Source: an uncultured Methanomicrobiaceae archaeon (GTDB lineage Archaea; Halobacteriota; Methanomicrobia; Methanomicrobiales; Methanoculleaceae). From it: a stretch of 64,000 nucleotides of DNA. The first letter of the stretch is position 1; each line of letters starts with the position of its first letter. The DNA is taken from positions 224,001 through 288,000 of the forward strand of contig CAWGXH010000004.1 in the NCBI GenBank assembly GCA_963826525.1, in the 5' to 3' direction. This document shows positions 21,719 to 33,291 of the stretch, in pieces. The position numbers were made by a program, and so were the translations under genes. The notes beneath the pieces were generated by a model. That model did no database searches and was not told the DNA's origin. It saw only the letters and a program-made list of their open reading frames with translations.

Positions 21719-22711
21719 TTACACGACGTACTTGCCGAGCAGACGGATGGATTTGGTCATGTCGGGGCCGAGAGGAGAGCCGAAGATGATCTGGGTGACA
21801 CCGGCTGCTGCCAGGTCCTCGCACTTCTGCTTGACCATGTCAGGGGTTCCTGCAATGGTGAAGGCGTCGATCTCGGCGTCGCCGACGAGGCCGCCGACCG
21901 TCTTGAAGTCGAACTTGGCAAGGGCGTCCTTGATCTTGGCGACGTTGCTCTGGTCGAGGTTGTGGCGCTCGAGGATCGCGGGCGGGGAGCCTGCAGCGAT
22001 GAATGCTGCAACGATCTTGGCTGCGTTGCGGGCCTTCTTCTCGCTCTCGTCGATGGACATAGCGGTGTAGGCACCGACGTCGAAGGTCTTCTTGCCTTCC
22101 TTCTCCATAGCGGCCTTGATGATCGGGATGGCGATCGCAAAGTCCTTGGGGTTCGATGCGTTGATCAGTGCACCGTCACCGATGGTTCCGGCGAGCTCGA
22201 GGACCTTCGGCCCCTGGGCGCCGATGTAGACCGGGATACCCTTCTTGCCGGGGAGGTTGACACCGGTGAGCTTGGCGCCGTCATAGTCGAAGAATTCCAT
22301 GTCGCCGCTCTTCTTGATCTCTTCTCCGGCGAGGAGTCTCCGGATCTGGACGACCGCCTCTTTCAGGCGTGCCACGGGCTTCTCGGGGGAGATGGCGAGC
22401 TTCGGGAGCGTGGAGAGGTCGCCGGGGCCGATACCGAGGACTGCACGGCCGTCGGAGATCTCGTTTAAGGTTGCCATGAAGGATGCCATGGCCGCCGGGG
22501 TGTCGGTGAAGGCGTTCATGATACCCGGGCCCATCTTGATGCTGTCGGTCGCGGCTGCGATCATGGCAAGGGTCGGGTAGCAGTGGCGGTTGTTGTAGTG
22601 GTTGGTAATCCATGCATAGTCGATATCCTTCGACTCTGCGAGTTTCGTGTAATTGACTACCTGCTTGACGTTGATATTTCCTGGCACAAATTCAATTCCA
22701 TATGTGGTCAA
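21719..22711 (-). CDS. mer: F420-dependent 5,10-methylenetetrahydromethanopterin reductase
   Basis: YGIEFVP, WITNHYNNR, GRAVLGIGPGD, GAQGP, FGSPLGP. Confidence 0.97.
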   Translation of the reverse strand: MTTYGIEFVPGNINVKQVVNYTKLAESKDIDYAWITNHYNNRHCYPTLAMIAAATDSIKMGPGIMNAFTDTPAAMASFMATLNEISDGRAVLGIGPGDLSTLPKLAISPEKPVARLKEAVVQIRRLLAGEEIKKSGDMEFFDYDGAKLTGVNLPGKKGIPVYIGAQGPKVLELAGTIGDGALINASNPKDFAIAIPIIKAAMEKEGKKTFDVGAYTAMSIDESEKKARNAAKIVAAFIAAGSPPAILERHNLDQSNVAKIKDALAKFDFKTVGGLVGDAEIDAFTIAGTPDMVKQKCEDLAAAGVTQIIFGSPLGPDMTKSIRLLGKYVV

Positions 22712-23053
22712 GGCTAATTCACCTCATTGTGTAGTTACTCAGCAGAGATTTAAATATATTATCATTTTAAGCTCGCTTAAACCGGATATACGAGGGTGTG
22801 GGGTAAAACAGGGGATTATTATCCCTTCATCCACAAATCAGGCCGATTCTATCCATTTTTCCAGACAAGGCACAGCAGCGTCGAATGCAGAACCGCAACA
22901 GCCATATAGAAGATAGCGAATCTGCATGCCGAATTGACGAGCGGCAGAAACGTATATCCCTATTCTCCGCTAAACACATCAATGGTTTACAGGTATAGCC
23001 GGGGAAGCTCTCTTCCGGCTGTACCGCTCCAGAAGAGAAACAGGGATTTTCAT

Positions 23054-24946
23054 ATGCGGGTGCTGGCGATTGGCCTTGGCGGTGCCGGAGCACGGGTCGT
23101 GGATAAGCTCTACGATCACGACCGGCGAAGTAAAGTATGCTGCATGAGCGCAGTTGCCATCGATATTGAGGCAAACAGTCTTCTGCAACTGCGGCACCTG
23201 CCCGAGACGGCACGGATATTCTTCCCGCCAATCGACCCTGAGCACCCCTACGACATCACCCACATCATCGATATCGAAGAGGTGATGACACGAGTCCAGC
23301 GGCTCGACACCCTTGAGATCGATGCAATTCTGCTCTGCTGTGGTCTTGGGGGAGGCATGGTCGATTTCGTCCCCATCATCGCAAAAGAGCTCAGAAACTC
23401 ATATGTCGAGCCGATCTTCGCAATTGCCGTCCTCCCCCGCCTGGCGGAAGGGAAGAAGGTCTCGGCAAAAGCCGCTGCCGATCTCGAGATGCTCCGGGAG
23501 AACACCGATGGAACCATACTCTTCGATAACGAGACCTGGTATGATAAACTGAAGAGTTCGCTCACCGCCACTGCAAAAGAGAATGCAGGGATCAAAAACC
23601 AGGCTGCGCGAAGACTGCCATCGTTTCCGCAAAATCCCCGGGATATGCACGATCTTCTGAACGACCGGATCGCACGACAGGTCGGCCTGCTCCTCCGGGC
23701 CGGAGAATTCAATGAATCCGGACTTGAAGTGGCGGAGATCGTCCTCGATGCGGGTGAGGTTCTCAATACGCTGCAGGGCAGCGGGTATGTCTCGGTCGGC
23801 TACGCCGCCGAACCACTTCCGGTGAGCTGGTCCGACTTCTTCAACCGATGGCGCTCGTCGAAGTATTTCATCGAGGGGTCGCATGAGAAAGCGGCACGCA
23901 TTGTGGCGCTGGCAAAGAAAGCGGTCTATGAAGAGACCTCGATACCCTGCGATCTGACGAGTGCCGACAAAGCGCTGGTACTTATCGCAGGGCCTTCTGC
24001 CGAGCTCTCGATGAAGGGCTTCCAGACCGTCCGGAAGTGGATCGACCGGAGTATTGCAGGTCTTGAGATGCGGTCGGGGGACTATCCCGTAAAGAACACA
24101 TCATACGTCGGCATCATCGTCATGCTCTCCGGCCTCCACAATATTCCGCGGGTCGAGGAGATCAACCAGATCAGGATAGAGTATCTCCTCGAACGTGAAG
24201 AGGAAGAGAGAAAGCATCAGCAAAAAGCGTATCCGAGCCCGTCGCCCGGGCTTGAAGAAGAGAATGCATGGGCAGACGAGCCGGAGGAGGAGTCACTCCT
24301 GACCGGCGCATACTACGAAGAGGATAACGACGAGGAAACGGCAGGAGAGGACGCAGAAGTGAAGGATGAGATGATCTCCCTCCCCGGGTCAAAGGGGGAG
24401 AAGAAATCTAGAGACGATACTATCGAGACGATTCCCCGGGCACCCGTGCGTGGAGACGGTGGAGCCATCGTTCTCCCCGGGAAGGAAGGGAAAGAGAATA
24501 TCGATATCACGCGAAAAACCGTTGTTTCATCCGCTCCCGCACCGAAGAATTCCGTCTTCGGTCCAAAGGAGATTCAGGCGAACAACGCACCGAAAGAGCT
24601 CGATGCCTCGTCGGGCTTCACCACATCCGTCAAGCCAGTGCAGCGGCCGAAGGAGGGCACCATGACCGGCGAAGCCGTTTCGCTGAAGCAGGGGGGCCAG
24701 CGGCCACGGGACGGGGTATTTTCCGGCGACACGGTTCGCATCGGCGACCGCCCTCAACGCCCGTCGGACGATCTGCTGGGCAGGTCGGGACGGGGGTTTG
24801 ACAGGGGCGGCGGGAGGCCCCGCGAGGTGGTGCCGTCGCGGGACAGACTCAACGTCATCGACCCTACCACCCGGACGGAAGCCGGAAAGAAGCAACGAAA
24901 AGATGATGATACCGACCCGGACGACGACTTTGTCTGGATCACCTAG
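23054..24946 (+). CDS. Tubulin/FtsZ family (CetZ-like) protein with long acidic, repeat-bearing C-terminal tail
   Basis: MRVLAIGLGGAGARVVD, LFDNETW, LDAGEVLNTL, SGDYP; T4 loop degenerate (GLGGGMVD). Confidence 0.85.
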   Translation: MRVLAIGLGGAGARVVDKLYDHDRRSKVCCMSAVAIDIEANSLLQLRHLPETARIFFPPIDPEHPYDITHIIDIEEVMTRVQRLDTLEIDAILLCCGLGGGMVDFVPIIAKELRNSYVEPIFAIAVLPRLAEGKKVSAKAAADLEMLRENTDGTILFDNETWYDKLKSSLTATAKENAGIKNQAARRLPSFPQNPRDMHDLLNDRIARQVGLLLRAGEFNESGLEVAEIVLDAGEVLNTLQGSGYVSVGYAAEPLPVSWSDFFNRWRSSKYFIEGSHEKAARIVALAKKAVYEETSIPCDLTSADKALVLIAGPSAELSMKGFQTVRKWIDRSIAGLEMRSGDYPVKNTSYVGIIVMLSGLHNIPRVEEINQIRIEYLLEREEEERKHQQKAYPSPSPGLEEENAWADEPEEESLLTGAYYEEDNDEETAGEDAEVKDEMISLPGSKGEKKSRDDTIETIPRAPVRGDGGAIVLPGKEGKENIDITRKTVVSSAPAPKNSVFGPKEIQANNAPKELDASSGFTTSVKPVQRPKEGTMTGEAVSLKQGGQRPRDGVFSGDTVRIGDRPQRPSDDLLGRSGRGFDRGGGRPREVVPSRDRLNVIDPTTRTEAGKKQRKDDDTDPDDDFVWIT

Positions 24947-25898
24947 CGTCTGATATTTTTGAGAACGGAATGCTCCCGGCACCGATCTCCGTTCGAAGCT
25001 GATGCCCCTTCTCGATGGCGTTTCCAATAAGGTTCATCCCGCTGAAGGCGACAATGGGGAGCCGGTACGGGTGTTCCCGCAGGTTGAATGCTCCAATCCC
25101 GATGCCGGCGGGGAAGACAAAACCGCACACCTTCATCTGGTCGATGATCTGCTCCACCTGGCCCCTCGCGGCGACGGGAACGTCACGGATATTTGCAAGG
25201 GCAACGCCGCATTTCGCATTGACCAGGCGGTTAATCGACGTAAGACCCGCAGATATGAAGAGCTGTAGTGGGTCGATGCTGGTTCCCCGGTAGCCAATCA
25301 GGTCGATGAACTCGGCGGTCGATCCCTCTTTGACGGCAAGCCGTCCGGCATATTCAAGACGGGTGGGAATTCCCCCCTTCTGCATCACTCCGTCAAGGGT
25401 CACGCTGCAGACGGTGATGATGCCGATGTCCCCGTCCGGTACCCGCGGGTCGGTATCGACGATTCGGTACGAATCAAAAAAACCGCATTCAGCCCGGATA
25501 ACCTCGTCGAATGCTCCGGTCACACCCTCGAGTTGCTCCTCAGGTACGATGGTGAGGTTGTAGGCGACATTTCCGGTGCAGGTCAGCGGATCGAAGTTAC
25601 TCCTGAATGCGAGCCGTTCCAGCTTCGAGATAATAAAACCGATACGCTCGTCAACGAGTGCGCTCTCGGTCTCCGCCGTTCCCTGTTCGGTGAGGACGCG
25701 GCCGCGGTTTCCCACCTTAAGGGTGAACCCCATCTCGTCCAGGTAGCGGAGGTAGTACTGGACGGCCCTGTCGCTCAGGATGAAGCCCCGTTCGGCCATC
25801 AGCTCGCTGAGCCGTTTTGCACCCATCGGTTCGTGGGATTCTTTGAGGATCCGGAGAATCTCGAGATATTTCCGTTCGGATCGAAGGGACATGCTCAT
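24939..25898 (-). CDS. NrpR-family (DUF128) transcriptional regulator, wHTH plus one regulatory domain
   Basis: EILRILKESHEPMGAKRLS...DRAVQYYLRYLDEMG, VCSVTLDG, YRGTSIDPL. Confidence 0.85.
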   Translation of the reverse strand: MSMSLRSERKYLEILRILKESHEPMGAKRLSELMAERGFILSDRAVQYYLRYLDEMGFTLKVGNRGRVLTEQGTAETESALVDERIGFIISKLERLAFRSNFDPLTCTGNVAYNLTIVPEEQLEGVTGAFDEVIRAECGFFDSYRIVDTDPRVPDGDIGIITVCSVTLDGVMQKGGIPTRLEYAGRLAVKEGSTAEFIDLIGYRGTSIDPLQLFISAGLTSINRLVNAKCGVALANIRDVPVAARGQVEQIIDQMKVCGFVFPAGIGIGAFNLREHPYRLPIVAFSGMNLIGNAIEKGHQLRTEIGAGSIPFSKISDAR

Positions 25899-26320
25899 CG
25901 TGTCTGCACCGTACCCTTGCTGTCCTGATACCTTCCCTCGTAGAGCAGGGCGCCGTTTAACACAGTCTGCAGTATCATCTGCACCACCCGGTCTTCCCGC
26001 TTGAGGGGGATGTCGTCGTCGCCCGCATTAACGAGGCAGAGCGTCAGCTCTCCGCGGAAACCAGGATCTACGAATCCACCGCCGAGGAGAGCGCCCCTCC
26101 TTGCAAACGACGATCTGCACCGCAGTGTCGCCGCGATATCAGCCGGAAGCTCCACCCGTTCAATGCTGTGCACCAGCGTGCACGCACCCTTCCGGAGCAC
26201 CGTATCCTCGGCAGCGCGGAGGTCGTATGATGCCGGTTGCTGCGATGCCGGGTTGTACGGCTGGATGACGAGGTCTCCGCCCTGAAGGCGGCGGAGGGTC
26301 TCTTGTGCTGAAAGGATCAT
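25895..26320 (-). CDS. dcd: dCTP deaminase
   Basis: QPASYDLR, RSSFARRG, VDPGFRGELTL, YEGRYQ. Confidence 0.9.
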   Translation of the reverse strand: MILSAQETLRRLQGGDLVIQPYNPASQQPASYDLRAAEDTVLRKGACTLVHSIERVELPADIAATLRCRSSFARRGALLGGGFVDPGFRGELTLCLVNAGDDDIPLKREDRVVQMILQTVLNGALLYEGRYQDSKGTVQTR

Positions 26321-26375
26321 CTTATATTGTAATCGCAAGAAAACGCTTAATATCTTCTGATAGAAATCTATGTGG

Positions 26376-26447
26376 GGATCCATAGGGTAGAGGATATCCT
26401 CTTGGGCTTCGAACCCAAGGACGCGGGTTCGATTCCCGCTGGGTCCG
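26376..26447 (+). tRNA. tRNA-Arg(TCG)
   Basis: Acceptor GGATCCA/TGGGTCC; anticodon arm TTGGG-CT-TCG-AA-CCCAA; T-arm GCGGG-TTCGATT-CCCGC. Confidence 0.95.
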
Positions 26448-26600
26448 TTATCTTTTGAAGAGCCGTTCGCTGAGAACCGGCTTGTTTTCCAAAAAATTAC
26501 TCCATTCTGTCCGTTCGACCCACACCCGGTTTCCGCCTCCCGCTGCAGGACGGACGGGCAGATCCGATCTAAAAAGAGAGATTTACCTATCTCCCATCCG

Positions 26601-29600
26601 TCACTGGATCTGGATATAAGCGCGGGAGAGATCCTTCACCCTCACCGGGCCATTCGTGACCCACGAGTCCGGGGCATCGGGAGCAGTGGCATACACTTTA
26701 AACGAGTAATTGCCGGCGGGCATGTCGCGAACGTCGGCCTGGAAGGTATCTTTGTCCTGCGTCGAACCGAGGTATACCCATTTGACGCAGTCAGTCTGCT
26801 GATAGTAGATGTCCTCGGTAACGGTTGCCGCCCCGTTGTAGGCGAGATCCCACGCAAGGGGCAGGAAGTCGTAGACCGGTTCCGTGCCGGTGAACTGCAG
26901 GTTCGAGACATTCAGGGCAGCCAAACCAATGGGCGGCGCATCTCCGTCGGGGAGCGCCGTCACGTAGACCGCCGGCAGGTTCAGCAGTTCGGTGCCGTTA
27001 TCAAAGCCTATGGTGGATCCGGATCCGAAGAGATCGATGTTCCCAGCCATCAGTACCTTCAGCCGGAAGGCCGCCTCCCAGACCTGACCGACTTTTATCG
27101 TGCCGGCATCAAAGTGCAGCTGCCGATCGGTGTTCCAGCTCTCCGTGTCGTCCCGGGTGGAAATATTGGTATCGCCCTTGTAGTAGTTCGTTATCCGGGT
27201 TGAGTCTGGAGGGGCGTAGACGTACTCAAGCACCTTGTCACCGGACCATTGGATGCTGTTCACCCTGACATTCTCAAAGGTGAGATTCATCGTGGTATTC
27301 ACGCTTGCTTCCTCTTTCAGGAGCAAGAGAATATTGTTGAGCGCCTCTTCAAGCTCCGAAGCGCTTTCGGCCATGAAGTACTGGCCACCGGTCTGGTCGG
27401 CAAGACCCTTGGGAACGGCTTCTGATCTTGGGAATTGCCCCACCCGTAGTAGATAGGGTAGATTATGATACCATTATCACTCGCGTACTTTGCCATATTT
27501 TCGCTGTTGGTGTCGTTGAATGCGAAATAATCGCTACCACCCGGGCGGAGCGTACCCGCGTCGGGCTGGACGATCATCTCACTTCCCCTGTCCGAACGGG
27601 TCGCCGAAGTAGCAGTATTTGTTCTGCATCAGGACGACGACTGCTTTGACGGTATCCGGCCTTTCTTCCTCGACGAGGTGCGTGATCGCGGTGTGGAGCC
27701 CCTTCCGGAGCGGTGTTGCAACCGTCCCCTGATCCATCCGTTTGGCCGGAACGATATCCCAGAGTTCGGTTTTGATATCCATCCAGGTTCCGCTGTCAAG
27801 CGGCTTTTTCACTTCGGCAAAATCCAGATACTGAATGTTGTTATTGCCGGGATAGTACTGGGCAATCGCTATATCGTCATCGTGCCCGTTGCCGTCCTTG
27901 GCAAGGTCTTTCTTCCAGTTGTAATTGCTTAAGAGGTTCAGCAGCTCGACATCGCCGTTCACGAACGGGGTGGTATGCTCCGGCGTGTCTACCGATACAT
28001 CCCCGAAGGTCACCAGGGCGGCACGATTGTCGCCGAGCGAGAGAGCCTCGGTGAAGTTCCACGCCGCTTCCCGGGCACAGATCATACGATCGCGTTCCAT
28101 CTCCGGGTCGTCCCGGAGCATATCTTCTCCCCGGTCGATGCAGAACACGACATCGATCGGCAGCATCTGCTGCACCACCCACCCGTCCCCCCGGAGGCGA
28201 ATGGTCACGTCGATGGTATCGTTCACCTCGACCGTTTCAGGAGAGACGGACGTCTCGACGGAGAGGTAGGGATAGTTCTTCCAGGTAAGGGTGACGTTCC
28301 TCGTGAGAGAGCCCCAGGTAGCGACGACATCGCAGGTGCCGCTTGCGGTCCCACTGTAGTCTGCAGCCGTGGGAACAGTGGTGAATGCACCGGGCCGGAA
28401 TGTGACGAATGCATAGCCATTCTCATCGGTGACACCACTTGTGGAAGAGATCTCAGGGTCTGCCGTCACGTTGTATCCTCCGTCGTCGCTAGCAGGGATA
28501 GCAAAGCCAATGATCTCGCCCTTGACCGGATTTCCCCTGACGTCGACGACTTTCGCCCTGACGGTTGCGGCGATTGAGTCGTTCACATCACGGCTCGCCA
28601 TGACGCTAGGGTTCGCGGAGAGCATCATATCCACCGGATCGGAGCTCACAAACTCGATATTTGCAGAACCGGAGACAACAGTATCGGTTACCTCCCCGGC
28701 GGTTGCCGTTATCGTGACCGGGCCAATCTTCAGCGTGGGGCCATAACTGACGATTACCTGGCCGTAGGAGTTCGTGCGGGTCGTGGTCGTGGTAGTTTCA
28801 CGCGATTCCGTGATGGTGAGCGGGCAGTCCGAGACGGCATTACCGAACTGATCGTGCACGACAAATGCCATGAAGAATTTGCTCGTCCCGTCGGCAGGCA
28901 GGACCGCCGGGTTTACTTCGACGTATGCCGTAATACTCGCGGGGTTCCCGTGTGAGACACCCAGAACGGTCAGCGATGTACCTCTTGAGATTCTCAGGAG
29001 GATAGATCATCACGTAATTCTCGCCCGACACCTGATCGACCCTGAGCGTGACGGTGGCGTTTCCTTCCGCGTCCACCTCCTGAGTAAGGGTATCAACATA
29101 CGTCAGCCCGTTCCAGAAACCTGCGGTGTCGCCGACCGATCCGACGGTGAAGAGCACCGTCTCGGCACCATTTTGGTCGTCGACGGAGTTGCCGTAGCAG
29201 TCGACCAGCCGGACCGTCACGGTCGTCGTCTCCCCGATCGCCACTTCCGGCGTATACGCCGTCATGGCTATCTGATAGGGTGCGGCGTGGTCGATAGATA
29301 CGGTGCATGTCCCCCGCGGCACCTCGAATCCCCCACCGACCCGCGCCGTAATCACTGCGGTGCCGCTCACGGTTCCCGGCGTGAACACTGCGGCGGCGTG
29401 ACCCTCTGCATCGGTGACCCCGGTCACCACCGTGATGCTGCCAAGCCCCGTATCGCTCTCGAAGGTCACCGGGAGTCCCGGCACCGGGGTGCTGCCGTTC
29501 AGCACCGTGGCGGTGACGACGGCACCCTCGCTCCCGCCGGCAACCACCCAGTCCGGACTTCCGGTCACGGTGACCTGATCCGGGATCAGCGCTGCCGCGG

Positions 29601-29655
29601 GCGGCACCAGCAGCATGGCACCGAGCAGAAGATACCCCACTATCCAATACCTCAT
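26601..29655 (-). CDS. Secreted Ig-like (invasin/Big_1-type) repeat + vWA domain protein, copy A; several frameshifts
   Basis: ORFs 28840-29724, 27579-28871, 27317-27577 and 26601-27443 join; signal peptide, TDxxGxA Ig motifs, vWA DVVFCIDRGEDM...KAVVVLM...TGGQYF. Confidence 0.8.
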
Positions 29656-29814
29656 AGAATTCAATCCCCCAGAAGTCTCTACAACTATAAATATATTTCC
29701 CAGAAAGGGGAGCGAGCATGGCAATTCGTTACCGGATTATGATGCTCTAAACTCATTGTCAGACAAAACGGAGGAACTGCGTCACCGGAGTAATTATTCT
29801 TTCGGAACTGAACG

Positions 29815-29919
29815 CCGGAGCACCTGAACTCGTGCCGAGAGGAAAAGGATATCTCTAAAGGACTGCGATTGAGCACCCGGTGCGGCCGGGAAGTGTTGCT
29901 AAAAAAAGAGGAGGAGGAT
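29815..29919. repeat. Conserved array spacer element, copy 1
   Basis: GGAGCACC...GGATAT...TTGAGCACCCGGTGCnGCCGGGAAGTGTTGCTAAAAAA shared with 33189 and 36527. Confidence 0.85.
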
Positions 29920-32900
29920 TCAGCGGATCCGGATCTTCGCCTGGTCCTGCAAACCCACCTGTACCGGCGACGTGAGCTGTGCCCAGGCATCCGGGGCATC
30001 AGGAGCCGTGGCATACACTTTAAACGAGTAATTGCCGGCGGGCATGTCGCGGACGTCGGCCTGGTAGGTATCGTCCGGTGTCGAGTTGTCGGCAGCCTTC
30101 GAACCGAGGTATACCCATTTGACGCCGTCATTCTGATAGTAGATGTCCTCGGTAACAGATGCCGTCCCGTTGTAGGCGAGATCCCACGCAAGAGGCAGGA
30201 AGTCGTAGATCGGTTCCATCCCGGTGAACTGCAGGTTCGAAACCTTCAGGGCAGCCAAACCAACCGGCGTGGCGTCTCCGCCGGGGAGCGCCGTCACGTA
30301 GATCGCCGGCAGGTTCAGCGATTCGGTGCCGTTGTTGAAGTGTATGGCGGATCCGGATCCGAAGAGATCGATGTTCCCGTCCGTCAGCACCTTCAGCCGG
30401 AAGGTCGTCTCCCAGACCTGGCCTACCTTTATCGTGCCGGCATCAAAGTGCAGCTGTCTGGTCACTGTTCCAGCTCTCCGTGTCGTCCCGTGCGTACGCC
30501 GGGATGATATCGCCAGCTGCTGTTGTAACTCCATATCCGGGTCGAGTCCGGAGGGGCGTAGACGTACTCAAGCACCTCGTCACCAGGTCTCGGCTCGCTG
30601 TTCACGCTGACATTCTCAAAGGTGATATCCATCGCGGTATTCACGCTTGCTTCATCTCTCAGGATCGAAAGAATATCGCTGAGTGCCTCTTCAAGCTCCG
30701 AAGATCTGTCGGCCATGAAGTACTGGCCACCGGTCTGACCAGCAAGGTTCCGGGGAACGTCTTCTTCAGCTGTGGAGCTGCTACTCGAGTAGTAGATAGG
30801 AAAGATCAGGATACCATTGTCGCTCGCGTACCGGGCCATATTTTCACTGTTGTTGTCGTCGAATGCGAAATAATCGCTACCACCCGCGGGGAGATTCTTA
30901 TCGTCGGGGTCGCAGGTCATCGCACTCCCCCCGGTATCCGGGCCGAACGGATCGCCGAAGTAACAGTGCTTGTTCTGCATCAGGACGACGACCGCTTTGA
31001 CGGCATCCGGCCTTCCTTCCTCGACCAGGTGCGTGATCGCGGTGTGCAGCCCCTTCCGGAGCGGTGCGGTGGCCTCTCCGGTCTTTTCCCTGTTGATCGG
31101 AACGATATCCCCAAGTTCGGTTTTGATATCCATCCAGGTTCCGCTGTCAAGCGGCTTTTTCACTTCGGCAAAATCCAGGTATTGGATCCTGCTATTACCG
31201 GGATAGTATGATGCGACCGCTATCTCGTCATCTTGCGCGTTACCGTCCTTGGCAAGGTTTTTCTTCCAGTTGTAGTTCGTTTGAAAGGGTCAGCAGGTCG
31301 ACATAGCCATTCACGAAACGGGGTGGCATGCTGCGGCGTAGCTACCGACGTGTCCCCGAACGTCACCAGAGCGGCACGATTGTTGCCGAGCGAGAGAAAG
31401 TCGGTGAAGTTCCACGCCGCGTCCCGGGCATAGATCATACGATCGCATCCCGCCTTCTCGTCGGCCGTATCGTTCAGGAGCATATCTTCTCCCCGGTCGA
31501 TACAGAGCACGACATCGATCGGCAGCATCTGCTGCACCACCCACCCGTCTCCCCGGAGGCGGATGGTCACGTCGATGGTATCGTTCACCTCCACCGTCTC
31601 AGGGGAGACCGACGTCTCGACGGAGAGGTACGGGTAGTTCTTCCAGGTAAGGGCGACATTCCGGGTGATAGAGCCCCAGGTGGCGACGACGTCACAGGTG
31701 CCGGTGGCGGCCCCGCTGTAGCCATCATCCAGGATATTAGTAGTGAATGCACCGGGCCTGAACGTGACGAACGCATAGCCGTTCTCGTCGGTGACACTGC
31801 TCGTCGAAGAGAGAACAGGGCTTGCCGTTGCGTTGTACTCCCCGGTCTCGAGATCTGCGGTGGCAAAGTGAACGGTCTCGTTTCGGACAGGATTCCCCCT
31901 GGCGTCGACGACTTTCGCCCTGACGGTTGCGGTGATCGAGTCGTTCACATCACGGCTCGCCATGACCCCGGGGTTGGCCGAGAGCACCATATCCACCGGA
32001 TCGGAGCTCACAAACTCGACGTTTGCAGAGGCGGAGACAACATTATCAGTACCCATCCCGGCAGTTGCGGTTATCGTAACCAGGCCAATTCTCTCCGTAG
32101 GGCCGTAACTGACGATAACCTGCCCGTAGGAGTTGGTGACGGTCGCGGTTGCGGTCGAGTTTTCGTCACGCGAGTTCGTGATGCTGAGCGGGCAACCCGA
32201 GACGGCGTTGCCGTACTGATCGTGCACGACAAATGCCGCGAAGAACTTACTCGTTCCGTCGGCGGGCAGGATCGCCGGATTTAGTTCGACGTACGCCGCA
32301 ATACTGGCGGGATTCGCGTGTGAAACGCTCAAGATAGTCAGCGATGTACTCATGATATCCCCGGAGGATAGATCATCACGTAATTCTCACCCGACACCTG
32401 ATCGACCCTGAGCGTGACAGTGGCGTTTCCTGCCGCGTCCACGCTCTGGCTGATACAGTCAATATACTGCCCTTCGGCATTCAGGAACCCGGCATTTTCG
32501 CCGACCGATCCGACGGTGAAGAGAACTGTCTCGGCAATCCTCCGGTTGTCGACGGTGATTGCCGTAGCAGTCGACCAGCCGGACTGTCACGGATCGTCGT
32601 CTCCCCGACCGCCACCTCCGGCGTATACGCCGTCATGGCTATCCGATCAGGTGCGGCGTGGTCGATAGATATGGTGCACGTCCCTTGCCGCACCTCGAGT
32701 TCCCTCCCCGACCTGCGCCGTTATCAACGCGGTGCCACTCACGGTTCCCGGCATAAACGTCGCCGAGGCGTGGCCCTGTGCATCGGTCACCCCGGTCACC
32801 ACCGTGATGCTGCCAAGCCCCGGATCGCTCTCGAAGGTCACCGGGAGTCCCGGCACCGGGGTGCTGCCGTTCAGCACCGTGGCGGTGACGACGACACCCT

Positions 32901-33027
32901 CGCTCCCGCCGGCCATCACCCAGTCCGTGCTTCCGGTCACCGTGACCAGATCCGGTATCAGCGCTGCCGCGGGCGGCACCAGCAGCATGGCACCGAGCAG
33001 AAGACACCCCGCTATCCAATACTTCAT
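29920..33027 (-). CDS. Secreted Ig-like + vWA protein, copy B; several frameshifts
   Basis: ORFs 32647-33036, 32481-32693, 31220-32353, 30462-31163 and 29920-30534 join; vWA DVVLCIDRGEDM. Confidence 0.8.
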
Positions 33028-33188
33028 AGATTTCACTTCTGGTTAATATCCCACACTAGTATAAATAAATACCCCATAAGATAAAGAGGCCTGAGGCGTT
33101 TTTTACAGAATTAAAATGTTTTAAACCCACAATTGGACAAATAGAGCAGATTTTAGAGCCAGAGTAAATATTATTTCGCAACCAGCCC

Positions 33189-33291
33189 CCGGAGCACCCA
33201 AATTCGTGCACCGAAGGAAAGGATATTTCTGCAACACCTTGATTGAGCACCCGGTGCTGCCGGGAAGTGTTGCTAAAAAAGAGGAGAAGAA
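33189..33291. repeat. Conserved array spacer element, copy 2
   Basis: Near-identical to 36527-36629; GCAACAC...GTGTTGC inverted repeat plus A-tract. Confidence 0.85.
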
